From Proteobacteria bacterium SG_bin7 (lineage in GTDB: Bacteria; Bdellovibrionota; Bdellovibrionia; Bdellovibrionales; SG-bin7), in contig LWDK01000045.1 in the NCBI GenBank assembly GCA_002083485.1, forward strand, positions 240 to 64,239: a stretch of 64,000 bases of DNA, in the 5' to 3' direction. Positions 36,716 through 45,644 of this stretch are shown one piece after another (position 1 is the first letter of the stretch; every line of letters starts with the position of its first letter). Under the pieces are notes generated by a model. It saw only the letters and a list, made by a program, of their open reading frames with translations. It was not told the origin of the DNA and ran no database searches. Made by a program: the position numbers and the translations under genes.

Positions 36716-38079
36716 TAATCAAGCACCGCGACCTTTCTAAAAACTTCTAGACTCAGACCGTATTCGGCCGCAACTTCAGAAATCGAAAGTTGTTTTCTTA
36801 AAAGCATTGCATTGACAATACTTTTAAGAAGTTCAATATGATGACGAACGGTGACTAAAATAAAAATTTTCAGCCCCAGACTTTGAATCAGCTCACGACT
36901 AATTTGAATAGGCGCCTTAAGTCGAACATGTATTTGTTTACAAAGGCTTTCTTCAGGAAGCTGATGCGAAAGCCTCCAGGCGTCTGTGAGAGGTGCAAAT
37001 AGAAAGTTCTTCCACATCTTTGATAAAAAATAGGCCTTCTCGTGGGGACGCTGGCAGAGTGAGAACATCGCAAAAGATTTTTCGATTTTGGCAACCTGTG
37101 TGGTCCGCATAAATAAAATTTTCTCTGGCGGAGCGATGCGATTAGAAACTTCTTTTTTAACTCGTAAAGAAACAAAAGGTTCAGTTTGTGCTAAAATGTC
37201 TCTGCAAAACTCATTAACAAAAAGAGAGTTTACAATGGAGGCCGCCCTGAAAACCCTATCATGGGAGCCTGAAGCCTTGACTAAAGCTAAAAAAGACTTC
37301 GAATTCAAACTATACTCATGATAAAAAATAAAGTTAAAAAGATCACCGATTTCACGCAAACCAAGCTTATACGGAGAAAGATGCAGGCAAAGGTGATTCA
37401 AGAATTGATCCGTACCAAGCCGATAGAGATTTAGTCCAAAAAAATTAAAAGCTTCTTTAGACTTCCAGAGATCCTCGGCACTTACTTTAGCATCCGCTAA
37501 TGGTGGCACAATATTCCAATGCGTTCCAAAAAAACACTTTAGGTCTTTAGAAAAAAAAGCTGGCCAATGATGCGAGAACTTTTCTTGCCTTCGCCAGCTA
37601 GAACCAAGGGCGGCTGCACATTTCAGACCATGTTTCTCATAGATAAGTGCAACTTTGTCTAAGTCACTTTTTTTTATCAAAATATCGATATCATTCATTT
37701 GTTTGTAGCCAATATCCCCGTAAATGGGAAGTGCAATGGCATTTCCCTTTAAAACTATGATTTCCACACCGTTTTCGACACAATCAGCAAGGACCGGCAA
37801 CGCCACCTTTAAGCGTTCTTCATTGGCAAATTTATTTTTCCAATAACCTCTTTTTAATGACTCCAAAAATTCTTTTGGGACCGAGTTTTCTAAGTTAAAT
37901 TTTTTTATTTGGAGATATATTTGACCTTCAATCCCATTGTGGGTAACAAGGCCCATCCAATTTTTCCAAGTTTCAATGTCATCCAGCCCCGGAAAAATAA
38001 TGTCCGTCGGCTCAGAACTAATCCTATAAAGATTCCAAAGCGCTGAAAGCCTCATACTTTCACCAAACCGTCGTACCAT
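36715..38079 (-). CDS. Uncharacterised nucleotidyltransferase-family protein (NTP_transf_5-like)
   Basis: VLKGNAIALPIYGDIGYKQMNDIDILIKKSDLDKVALIYEKHG matches the family core as I recall it. Confidence 0.6.
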   Translation of the reverse strand: MVRRFGESMRLSALWNLYRISSEPTDIIFPGLDDIETWKNWMGLVTHNGIEGQIYLQIKKFNLENSVPKEFLESLKRGYWKNKFANEERLKVALPVLADCVENGVEIIVLKGNAIALPIYGDIGYKQMNDIDILIKKSDLDKVALIYEKHGLKCAAALGSSWRRQEKFSHHWPAFFSKDLKCFFGTHWNIVPPLADAKVSAEDLWKSKEAFNFFGLNLYRLGTDQFLNHLCLHLSPYKLGLREIGDLFNFIFYHEYSLNSKSFLALVKASGSHDRVFRAASIVNSLFVNEFCRDILAQTEPFVSLRVKKEVSNRIAPPEKILFMRTTQVAKIEKSFAMFSLCQRPHEKAYFLSKMWKNFLFAPLTDAWRLSHQLPEESLCKQIHVRLKAPIQISRELIQSLGLKIFILVTVRHHIELLKSIVNAMLLRKQLSISEVAAEYGLSLEVFRKVAVLD

Positions 38080-38891
38080 TCAAGCCTGTTAACAATAGGA
38101 TTGCCCAGAATACTAGACAGGTAGTGGGCTTCGCGAAAGAGCCTTTCGATTTCAAAATCCTTAATGTATCCCGCACCCCCGAAAACCTGTAGGCAATCAG
38201 AAGCAAAAGCCCCTATCTGGCTTTGAAGAAAAAATAGCGATGATATTTGACTGCCACTCAATAATTCTTCCGCAACATACATTTTCATTTTAAGGTCCGC
38301 AAGAATGCGTTTAAGCTCTGACCACTGAGAAATTTTTCGCCCCCCTTGAATTCGGGACCCCGCATAGCCTTCTGCTAAACGCAACATTCTCCGCATATGC
38401 CCTACTAAAACTCCACACATCATTCCTAAGTGGGAGTTCGATTTTTTTTCAATAATTTCCCCATTCCGCTCGTCAAAAAGAATATCCATCAAATTGACGT
38501 TACGGAATGCGAGTCGCTGTGGACTTGGAATCTTTTCAACTCCATTTCTTAAATCTATCAAGATATAGGTGTTTTTATTTTTAAAGGGAACCAGAGCAAA
38601 TTTGGCTTGATCTGTTAACCAAACAGAACCACCAAAACTTCCAGGACAAAAAGCGAGGCAATCACCCTCTTTTAAACATTTTTTTGACTTTTCAACACCT
38701 AAAATTTCGACAGCGGCGCAATGGCAGTATATCGACATTGCTAAACCAGCGTCGATTTCAGCAATGTCGGGTAAAAGACTCTTGATAAGGTTTTTCGTAG
38801 TACTATCTGGAGCCCCAAAGAACCCTAGTTCAGATAAATGAACCCAGCGATTTTTATCTTTTGGAATATGCCGAAGAGATTCCAGAATCAT
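38052..38891 (-). CDS. Acyl-CoA-dehydrogenase-like protein, short and probably non-catalytic
   Basis: The C-terminal helical domain QVFGGAGYIKDFEIERLFREAHYLSSILG resembles ACAD, but the YEGT catalytic-base motif is replaced. Confidence 0.6.
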   Translation of the reverse strand: MILESLRHIPKDKNRWVHLSELGFFGAPDSTTKNLIKSLLPDIAEIDAGLAMSIYCHCAAVEILGVEKSKKCLKEGDCLAFCPGSFGGSVWLTDQAKFALVPFKNKNTYILIDLRNGVEKIPSPQRLAFRNVNLMDILFDERNGEIIEKKSNSHLGMMCGVLVGHMRRMLRLAEGYAGSRIQGGRKISQWSELKRILADLKMKMYVAEELLSGSQISSLFFLQSQIGAFASDCLQVFGGAGYIKDFEIERLFREAHYLSSILGNPIVNRLEWYDGLVKV

Positions 38892-40297
38892 AGACTCTCC
38901 GCAAAAGGCGCAAAATGACTTGGCGCCAACACATTTTTAAAAACATTTATACGATTGAGCTGATTGGTTCCCTCATAGATTTGCAGGAGTTTAATATCGC
39001 GGAGAACTTTTTCTATTGCATTTTCTTGGCGTAAACCAGCTTCGCCCATCATGGACAAAGCAATCTGCGCATTCTTTACCGCCAGATCACTGGCTGTGTA
39101 TTTTGCCGTCGAAGCTAAAGCTGAAATTTCTTTATCATGACCTCGTTGACGCAGACGCCGTTCGCGCAAAGATCGACGAAGACCAGCAGAAAGCAGAAGA
39201 AACTTCGGCATCATCCGCATTAGAAAATTGATTCCTGTACGATAGACGTCGCGATTTGGCCCATACAATGCAGTAGCAAATCCCGACTCCCAAGTAATTA
39301 ACTTTGCAATTTGGTAATTTCTATACATGTCTGCCAGCTGAATCTGTGCCCACTCGTTTTCAAGAAGATTCTCACTCATCAAAAATTTACGACATAAATC
39401 CATTGATTGACGAGCAGACCCTGCCGCTAATGCCCCCACGCCGGCGCGAGATATTGATAAAATATCATCACCTAACAGCTGACAGTAAATTTCATACTGG
39501 TGCTGCGAACGAAATTGTTGTGGTGAAATTGCTACATTATCGCTAGGAACAACAACATCTTCGTAATAGACTTCGCTAGCAGGACAAAGATGCTGTCCCA
39601 TTTTTTCTTCGATTCTGCCAACGGTCACACCTTTTGCGTTTCCTGGAACGGCCATAATAACGCATGATTTATGTGGTCGAGCGATGTCTTCGTAGCCGAC
39701 AACAATTTGCCAGCGTGCCCATTTGGAATTTGAGATAAAAATTTTGCTACCGCTAAGGAGGTAACCACCATCTTGCAAAACCACTCGAGTTTTAACTTGT
39801 GCTTTGGCCATAAGATCGACATCTTCTAAATCCGTTCCGGCATTAGGCTCAGTAATAGCGACGGCCAATACACACGGTGACTTTTCTTTTTCTCCTCGCT
39901 TTATATCAAGACATAAACGATGCAGTAGTGAAAAATTTTGCGTCATTGAAACAAGGCCCAAAGCCACATAATGAGCGCCAATAATGTTTGCGGTACCAAT
40001 ACAGGTGGCGCCTACTTCTTCGTTAAATGCAATCATTGAAACTGGACTTAGGCCGCCGCCACCAAAAGCCTTAGGCATCCACAGTGACAAAAGTCCCCAT
40101 TCATTTATTTTAGCAAGCACTGTACGGGCAAGAAAGTCTGAGTCAGATTCAATCTTCGCATCTAATTCCAGATAAACGGGATTCACCACTTCTTGCACCC
40201 ATCTCTTGGCCAGAGCGATAGCTTCGGCAATTTCTTTCTGTACGCCCTTTGTAAGTTTCTGCCCAGCACTAAAACTGTAAGGCAACCCGTGTGTCAT
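38888..40297 (-). CDS. Acyl-CoA (or acyl-ACP) dehydrogenase-family flavoprotein
   Basis: AITEPNAGTDL, GSKIFISNS and LLQIYEGTNQL (catalytic Glu). Confidence 0.85.
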   Translation of the reverse strand: MTHGLPYSFSAGQKLTKGVQKEIAEAIALAKRWVQEVVNPVYLELDAKIESDSDFLARTVLAKINEWGLLSLWMPKAFGGGGLSPVSMIAFNEEVGATCIGTANIIGAHYVALGLVSMTQNFSLLHRLCLDIKRGEKEKSPCVLAVAITEPNAGTDLEDVDLMAKAQVKTRVVLQDGGYLLSGSKIFISNSKWARWQIVVGYEDIARPHKSCVIMAVPGNAKGVTVGRIEEKMGQHLCPASEVYYEDVVVPSDNVAISPQQFRSQHQYEIYCQLLGDDILSISRAGVGALAAGSARQSMDLCRKFLMSENLLENEWAQIQLADMYRNYQIAKLITWESGFATALYGPNRDVYRTGINFLMRMMPKFLLLSAGLRRSLRERRLRQRGHDKEISALASTAKYTASDLAVKNAQIALSMMGEAGLRQENAIEKVLRDIKLLQIYEGTNQLNRINVFKNVLAPSHFAPFAESL

Positions 40298-41061
40298 ATA
40301 AGTTCACTGACCTGTTCATAAGCTTTTCGTGCGGCAACCCCGCTTTGCGCCCACAATTGTCCCGCGTCGATTCCAAGCGTTAACATATTCGTACGAAGCT
40401 GCTTATTATAAATTGCGAACTTTGAGGTATTCACATCAGTACGCACAATACTCAGAAAGATTCGCGTGAGTACTAAGTCCCAACGGTCAGTAGTCCTACT
40501 TTTTCTCCACAAAGAAAACAAAATTTTCACCGCGGCTCGATGACGAAACTCATCCTTCTCAATTGCAGTAACTAATTCCGCTAAAGAATTCAAACCATCG
40601 CGTTTTGCCGCGGCCTTAATCTGAACATATAACTTTTCTGAAAAAAGTTCATAAAAATAGAGCCCTGCGAGAAACGGAATTGGTCTTTTTAAAATAAGCC
40701 TTTCAATATTTCCAAACAAAAATTCGTAAATCACTTTATCAGTTAAAGTTTTTTTAGTCTTAACATGTTTAAATATTTTTAAATTGAATTCCTTTAGCGC
40801 ATCCGCATGGCGATGTTCATCAGCAATATGAACATTCATGTAAGCACTTGCTACCGAAGAAAACGAAAATGCGCCAACCATAGGACGTAACACTTTCTCT
40901 TCCATAGATTCGGCCGTGGCAATCGATGACAATATTCCAGACCATGCCATGCGCTTTGCTGCAGTCAATTTCGCGATATCATCAATAAAAATTTTAGGAA
41001 ATTTGGCCTGCGCTTTTACAGCTTCCGGCTGAATTCGCGACAAGTGCTCTTCAATGAGCAT
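40294..41061 (-). CDS. Ferritin-like di-iron carboxylate protein (two EXXH motifs)
   Basis: HIADEHRHADAL and IEKDEFRHRAAV lie about 90 aa apart. A strong GGGAGG Shine-Dalgarno sits 5 nt before the ATG. Confidence 0.55.
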   Translation of the reverse strand: MLIEEHLSRIQPEAVKAQAKFPKIFIDDIAKLTAAKRMAWSGILSSIATAESMEEKVLRPMVGAFSFSSVASAYMNVHIADEHRHADALKEFNLKIFKHVKTKKTLTDKVIYEFLFGNIERLILKRPIPFLAGLYFYELFSEKLYVQIKAAAKRDGLNSLAELVTAIEKDEFRHRAAVKILFSLWRKSRTTDRWDLVLTRIFLSIVRTDVNTSKFAIYNKQLRTNMLTLGIDAGQLWAQSGVAARKAYEQVSELI

Positions 41062-41136
41062 CGGGGCCTCCCTTTTTTCTATATTAATTTAATCAATTAA
41101 GTTGTCTAATTGTCCAGGCTCAAATAGCCTACTTTT

Positions 41137-42198
41137 ATGTCGCAACACGTACATTACGCAAATTGGTGGTCGAAGCTCCTTTTCAAAAAGAGTTTTGAAA
41201 ATCAGTTTTATATTCCGTTACCTGCGACCCGCATAGAAATGATCATAATGCACGCAATTGAACGCTTTAAATTTGATTTGGATCATTCTCAAACTAAAAT
41301 CGATCGACCGATATTTATTGTCGGGCTGCCGCGCTCAGGCACAACGCTTCTCTACAACCTTTTGTGTGCCCATGAAAATTCCGCCTATGTCACGAATTCG
41401 ATAAATGCTTTTCCAACAGCAATCTGTACTATTGAATGGTTGAGAAAAAAATTAAATTTAGACATTCGTGGCGAGAGGTTCTTGGCAGATTCCGTTGAGA
41501 CCGATTTTGGCAGCCCATCTGAACCGATTATGTTCTGGGGAAAGTGGTTTGGACGTGACGTGGAAAGTCTTTATTGGGAAGAAAAGCGCATCAAAGATAT
41601 TTCCGCCGAGAAGATTGATGAAATTTTTAGCGATATCCGTAAAATTCTTTTTTCATTCGCTCCCAACGGAAAACGCTTCATCTGTAAATACCCAGTTCTA
41701 CAGACTGAACTAAGGCTGATCCAAGATATCTTTCCGGACGCCCATTTTATTCATATTGTTCGCGATGCGCGTACCACTGCAAATTCCATGGTTAAACTTC
41801 ATGAAATTTCGAATCAGCAAATTCAGAAAATCAAGCATCCGAAGATCAAATACATCGTCCCCTACCCACGCGTTAAGAATCTCCAGAAGTATATTAATGA
41901 ATTCGGTGCTACAGACGTGCGTTGTACTGCCCATGTTTGGCAAGACGCCATTGAAACCGTCCATGAATGCGCGAAGGATCTAAATAATTTTTTCGAAATC
42001 AAATATGAAATACTTTTAGCTTCACCAAAACTTTCCATGCTTAATGTTTTTAATTTCTGCGGAATGAATTGGCCTGAAAATAAGAAGTTTGATTATGAGT
42101 TCGCAAAAATTGGAAAAATTCGGCATAAAAATAATTATGGTAATTTCGATGTTATTCAAGAAATTACAAAAGAGACCTTAACCCAACTGGGCTATTAA
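41137..42198 (+). CDS. PAPS-dependent sulfotransferase-family protein
   Basis: 5'-PSB loop IFIVGLPRSGTTLLYNLL and 3'-PB-like IHIVRDARTTANSM. Confidence 0.8.
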   Translation: MSQHVHYANWWSKLLFKKSFENQFYIPLPATRIEMIIMHAIERFKFDLDHSQTKIDRPIFIVGLPRSGTTLLYNLLCAHENSAYVTNSINAFPTAICTIEWLRKKLNLDIRGERFLADSVETDFGSPSEPIMFWGKWFGRDVESLYWEEKRIKDISAEKIDEIFSDIRKILFSFAPNGKRFICKYPVLQTELRLIQDIFPDAHFIHIVRDARTTANSMVKLHEISNQQIQKIKHPKIKYIVPYPRVKNLQKYINEFGATDVRCTAHVWQDAIETVHECAKDLNNFFEIKYEILLASPKLSMLNVFNFCGMNWPENKKFDYEFAKIGKIRHKNNYGNFDVIQEITKETLTQLGY

Positions 42199-43289
42199 AA
42201 TAGATTGCACCCATTTTTTGCCTTAAATAGGTAGTCCGTGACAATACTCCAAGCCTTGGGAAGAAGGCTTCGATTAAGAACGAAAGTTGTCCCACTTCCT
42301 TTCATACCAGCAGCGGCGCCGCCACCAGGAATAAAGGTCATCCCCACAGGAGGAACTCCAAAGGGAACACTGATGCTCGCCAAGTTCTTACTTTCAGTAA
42401 AAGTTAGTATCGAGGTTTTGATAAAAGAAAAATCTTCGATTAAGGGAGATTCCTCACCGCGATACTCAATTCGTGGAGAATAAACTGGGCCAAGCGCTAA
42501 AATCGCGAATGGGGAATAAATTTCAGTCGCGTGGCGATATTCGATAGTTGGTTCAACGATAAAACGACGGCGGCCTTCTTCATCTTTTCTAAATCCAACA
42601 GTAAGCCCAAAAGAAGTATACAAATAAAAACCACTGTTCTTCGGCAAGCCCTCAAGGCCAGGAATTTTCTTAACCTTACTAAGAACCCAATCATTAAGAC
42701 CAAAACCCATCGAAAAGCCATATGACAAATTTCGGGTGTGGGCATTGGATCGTGCGAGTACATTGGCGTTGTCGTAAAGAAAGTCATTCGTTTCACCAAG
42801 TACTTTATTTATTTTTGCCGGCTTTAAAACTCTAAAAAATAAAAGTAGTCGATTTAGGCCATTTAAAATTTTTTGCTTTTTCCCAATGAATTTATTCAGA
42901 TCTTCCGAGCTAAAATCTCCGAGCGCATCAAGGCGATGCGTACTATAATTTCCTAAAGGGACTATAACTTTATTTTCTAAACTTTTTAAATATTCTTCGC
43001 TATTCATCCTTTCGCTATCATTTTTAATATCTGTAATTGTAAGCTGTGAGGTTAAATCTTCTTTTACTAACTCGGGATTAATCCGCAGTTCGACCTTCTC
43101 CAAATCATCGATTAATGGGGTATTTTCCTGATTTTCCTGAACCGGCACGATTACCACGGCTCGGTCTTCTGCGACAGCCATTTGTCCTAGAAACAATATC
43201 AAGCACATTACCAGTCGTCTCACCAAAATAGGTCCCTTCTGTAAAAAGAATTGACGGCCAGGACTCTCGAAGTCCAAGCAATTCGACAT
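42195..43289 (-). CDS. Hypothetical exported protein (possibly a beta-barrel)
   Basis: Hydrophobic N-terminus and alternating-pattern C-terminal half. No motif recognised. Confidence 0.55.
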   Translation of the reverse strand: MSNCLDFESPGRQFFLQKGPILVRRLVMCLILFLGQMAVAEDRAVVIVPVQENQENTPLIDDLEKVELRINPELVKEDLTSQLTITDIKNDSERMNSEEYLKSLENKVIVPLGNYSTHRLDALGDFSSEDLNKFIGKKQKILNGLNRLLLFFRVLKPAKINKVLGETNDFLYDNANVLARSNAHTRNLSYGFSMGFGLNDWVLSKVKKIPGLEGLPKNSGFYLYTSFGLTVGFRKDEEGRRRFIVEPTIEYRHATEIYSPFAILALGPVYSPRIEYRGEESPLIEDFSFIKTSILTFTESKNLASISVPFGVPPVGMTFIPGGGAAAGMKGSGTTFVLNRSLLPKAWSIVTDYLFKAKNGCNLF

Positions 43290-43382
43290 AATAAATTCTA
43301 TTTTAAGCGATTCAAAATATGTGCCGTAGCACTCGGAACTTCAGCAGAAACCTATGTAGTCGGTAAAAAATGTACGAGACTC

Positions 43383-43895
43383 TCAATAAACCGGAACATA
43401 GCCACAAACTAAAAGCGAAAAAAACTTATTTTGAGTGTGAACTTTCTTAGCAGCGCCACCATTCCTGACAAGCGGCAGGCCGGCCTGAACCCAACCGATA
43501 ATTCCCCCCCGAAGGTTACTCACAATAAAACTGTCCCTTCTAACGATCTGAGCATATTCAGAAGCTCGGTTTCCAAATGTACAATAAAAAACTAGCTTGG
43601 CCTTACGAAATCTCTCGCGACTGTGTTCAAACTGCACCCGTGTGACCGCGCCCGGTATCATTGATACCGCCCGCTCATTTTCTTCGCGGACGTCAATCAA
43701 TATAGAGTCCCTCGAAACCTCGCCGGGTTTTACATGCGGGAACTCTGGAAAAGCTTTCCCAACTCCAAGAGCAATAACGTTCATTACAAATATTTGACCC
43801 GGACGATATTTAAAAAAAACCGAATAAATCGCTAGAATGGTTATGACAAGAATTAAAAACTTTTTTGTCAACGGCTTCTCCTGAATCGCAACCAA
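43383..43895 (-). CDS. Membrane-anchored rhodanese-domain sulfurtransferase
   Basis: LIDVREENE, the active-site loop YCTFGNRAS, and an N-terminal TM helix. Confidence 0.75.
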   Translation of the reverse strand: MVAIQEKPLTKKFLILVITILAIYSVFFKYRPGQIFVMNVIALGVGKAFPEFPHVKPGEVSRDSILIDVREENERAVSMIPGAVTRVQFEHSRERFRKAKLVFYCTFGNRASEYAQIVRRDSFIVSNLRGGIIGWVQAGLPLVRNGGAAKKVHTQNKFFSLLVCGYVPVY

Positions 43896-44380
43896 ATATA
43901 ATAGATTATGCCCGTGAACGCACCTCCCAAATGTGCACCATGACCTATTGGAAAACCACCTCCCTCAGCCTGAGCCGCCAGACCCCAAATATCTATACCG
44001 ATAAATAAAAGTGCCCCCCAAAGAGCTGGTAATGGAATGAACCCCAACAACAGTATTTTTTCTCTTGGAAATAAAAACGAAAACAAAAGAATCACCCCCG
44101 CGATAGCTCCCGACGCACCAAGTGCCGGTAACTCCGGGGCGCTCAATATAAAATTTGAAACGGCGGCGTGCCCGATGGAACTAACCACTCCAGCGAAAAT
44201 ATAAAATTGAAAAAAACGTTTTTTTCCTAAAACCTTCTCTACAAAAGGGCCAAAACCATTAAACACATACATATTGATAAAGAAGTGTAGAAACATGTTA
44301 TGGGAAAAAACAGAGGTCACCAAAACCCAGACTCGACCTTCGGCAATTGCATTCCAACTTACTAAAAAGTGATTCGCCAT
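43868..44380 (-). CDS. Rhomboid-family intramembrane serine protease (the ORF may extend 5' to about 44451)
   Basis: FSHNMFLHFFINMY, the catalytic GASGAIAG and HGAHLGG. Confidence 0.85.
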   Translation of the reverse strand: MANHFLVSWNAIAEGRVWVLVTSVFSHNMFLHFFINMYVFNGFGPFVEKVLGKKRFFQFYIFAGVVSSIGHAAVSNFILSAPELPALGASGAIAGVILLFSFLFPREKILLLGFIPLPALWGALLFIGIDIWGLAAQAEGGGFPIGHGAHLGGAFTGIIYYIWLRFRRSR

Positions 44381-44617
44381 GAATTCTGGGCTAAAAAATG
44401 GAAACTTCCAAAGGACAAAAATAACTATATTGAAAAATGTAATTAGGGGAACGATTTTAATAAATCACCTATTAAAATCAGTTTTCACAAATGACTGTCT
44501 CCACGAATGGCGGCACCGTTTGGGTCGCTTGAAAAAAATATTTTCATAGATTGAAAACTACATTTACTTACACGAACTTGCAAATAGAAATTGACGCGCC
44601 ATGGACTCGAAAAAGTC

Positions 44618-45487
44618 TCAGGCACCCAAAAACAAACTTTGCCCCACGAGCACGTGAGATTTTTTTATTTTTTCGGGATCTATGTTGGCTCGCGGCGAAT
44701 AAATCATGATGACTGTGCTTCCCATATGGAATGCCCCAAAGGAATCACCTGCCCTCATCACCACTGGAGGCTTATAATCTCGGGACTTAATTTTGTTTTC
44801 TAGATTGTTAGTAACAAAACGCGAATCGAAACTGAGAGTCATTTTTCCGACATTGGTAGCACCGACCATGACAAGAGCCGCTGGGTTTTTGTCAATTTCA
44901 AGTTTGGCAACCAATCTTTCATTGCACGGAAACAAATTTTTGATATTTCTCACACTCCATGGATTGACTGGCCACAAGTATCCGGGAATATGGATAGATG
45001 AATGAATCAACATGTCGGCAGGTGCGTGAACACGGTGATAATCCGAAGGGCACAGATAGTAAGTAATGTAAGTTCCACCTTCAAGCTCACCGGCAAGATC
45101 CTGAGAACGTAACAAATCAATAAGCTTATAATTCATTCCCTTAGCTTGAATCATTTTTTGATCGTGAATTTTCCCAACTTCGGTAATCGCCGCATCACAA
45201 GGATGGACGATTCCTTCGCCAATTGGTCGTGCCCCTTCCTTAAGGGTACGAACGAAAAAATCACCCAAAGACTTGTAACTAGAAATCTCACGATCAATTT
45301 CATCCAAGTTAATTTTATAGGTACTAGCGAACCAAGAAATTAAGGCTGTGTTAAGAGGTCTGGGCCAAGGTACATGAGCTAGTTTTCCTAACCCATAACT
45401 TAAATAATTCTTTGGTAAAAATCGTAGGATATTCAAGCGTCTTAGTCCTAAAGCTAAAATATATGCGAGATAACGATAAACGGTCAA
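44618..45487 (-). CDS. psd: Phosphatidylserine decarboxylase proenzyme
   Basis: FHMGSTVIM (the G-S-T self-cleavage motif), YHRVHAP and LCPSDYH. Confidence 0.9.
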   Translation of the reverse strand: MTVYRYLAYILALGLRRLNILRFLPKNYLSYGLGKLAHVPWPRPLNTALISWFASTYKINLDEIDREISSYKSLGDFFVRTLKEGARPIGEGIVHPCDAAITEVGKIHDQKMIQAKGMNYKLIDLLRSQDLAGELEGGTYITYYLCPSDYHRVHAPADMLIHSSIHIPGYLWPVNPWSVRNIKNLFPCNERLVAKLEIDKNPAALVMVGATNVGKMTLSFDSRFVTNNLENKIKSRDYKPPVVMRAGDSFGAFHMGSTVIMIYSPRANIDPEKIKKSHVLVGQSLFLGA

Positions 45488-45644
45488 GAATTCGCATAAT
45501 TTGCATCAAAAATTTCGGTCACGGCAATTTCCTTTTCGTTGGGGCAAAGCCAAATTTGACGAGGAGAATTCTACAAATTTGAAGGGCCATGTAGACATCA
45601 CTATGAGGTAGTGATAAACCTCACTCGATTTTCAAGGAGTCCAC

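Noticed and set aside
12706-40175. Many 60-140-aa ORFs antisense to or out of frame within the large cluster genes (for example 15511-15927, 22767-23189, 24541-24951, 26146-26529, 30758-31072, 39016-39546)
   Set aside because: They are shadow ORFs inside motif-supported longer genes. Their compositions are typical of antisense translation.
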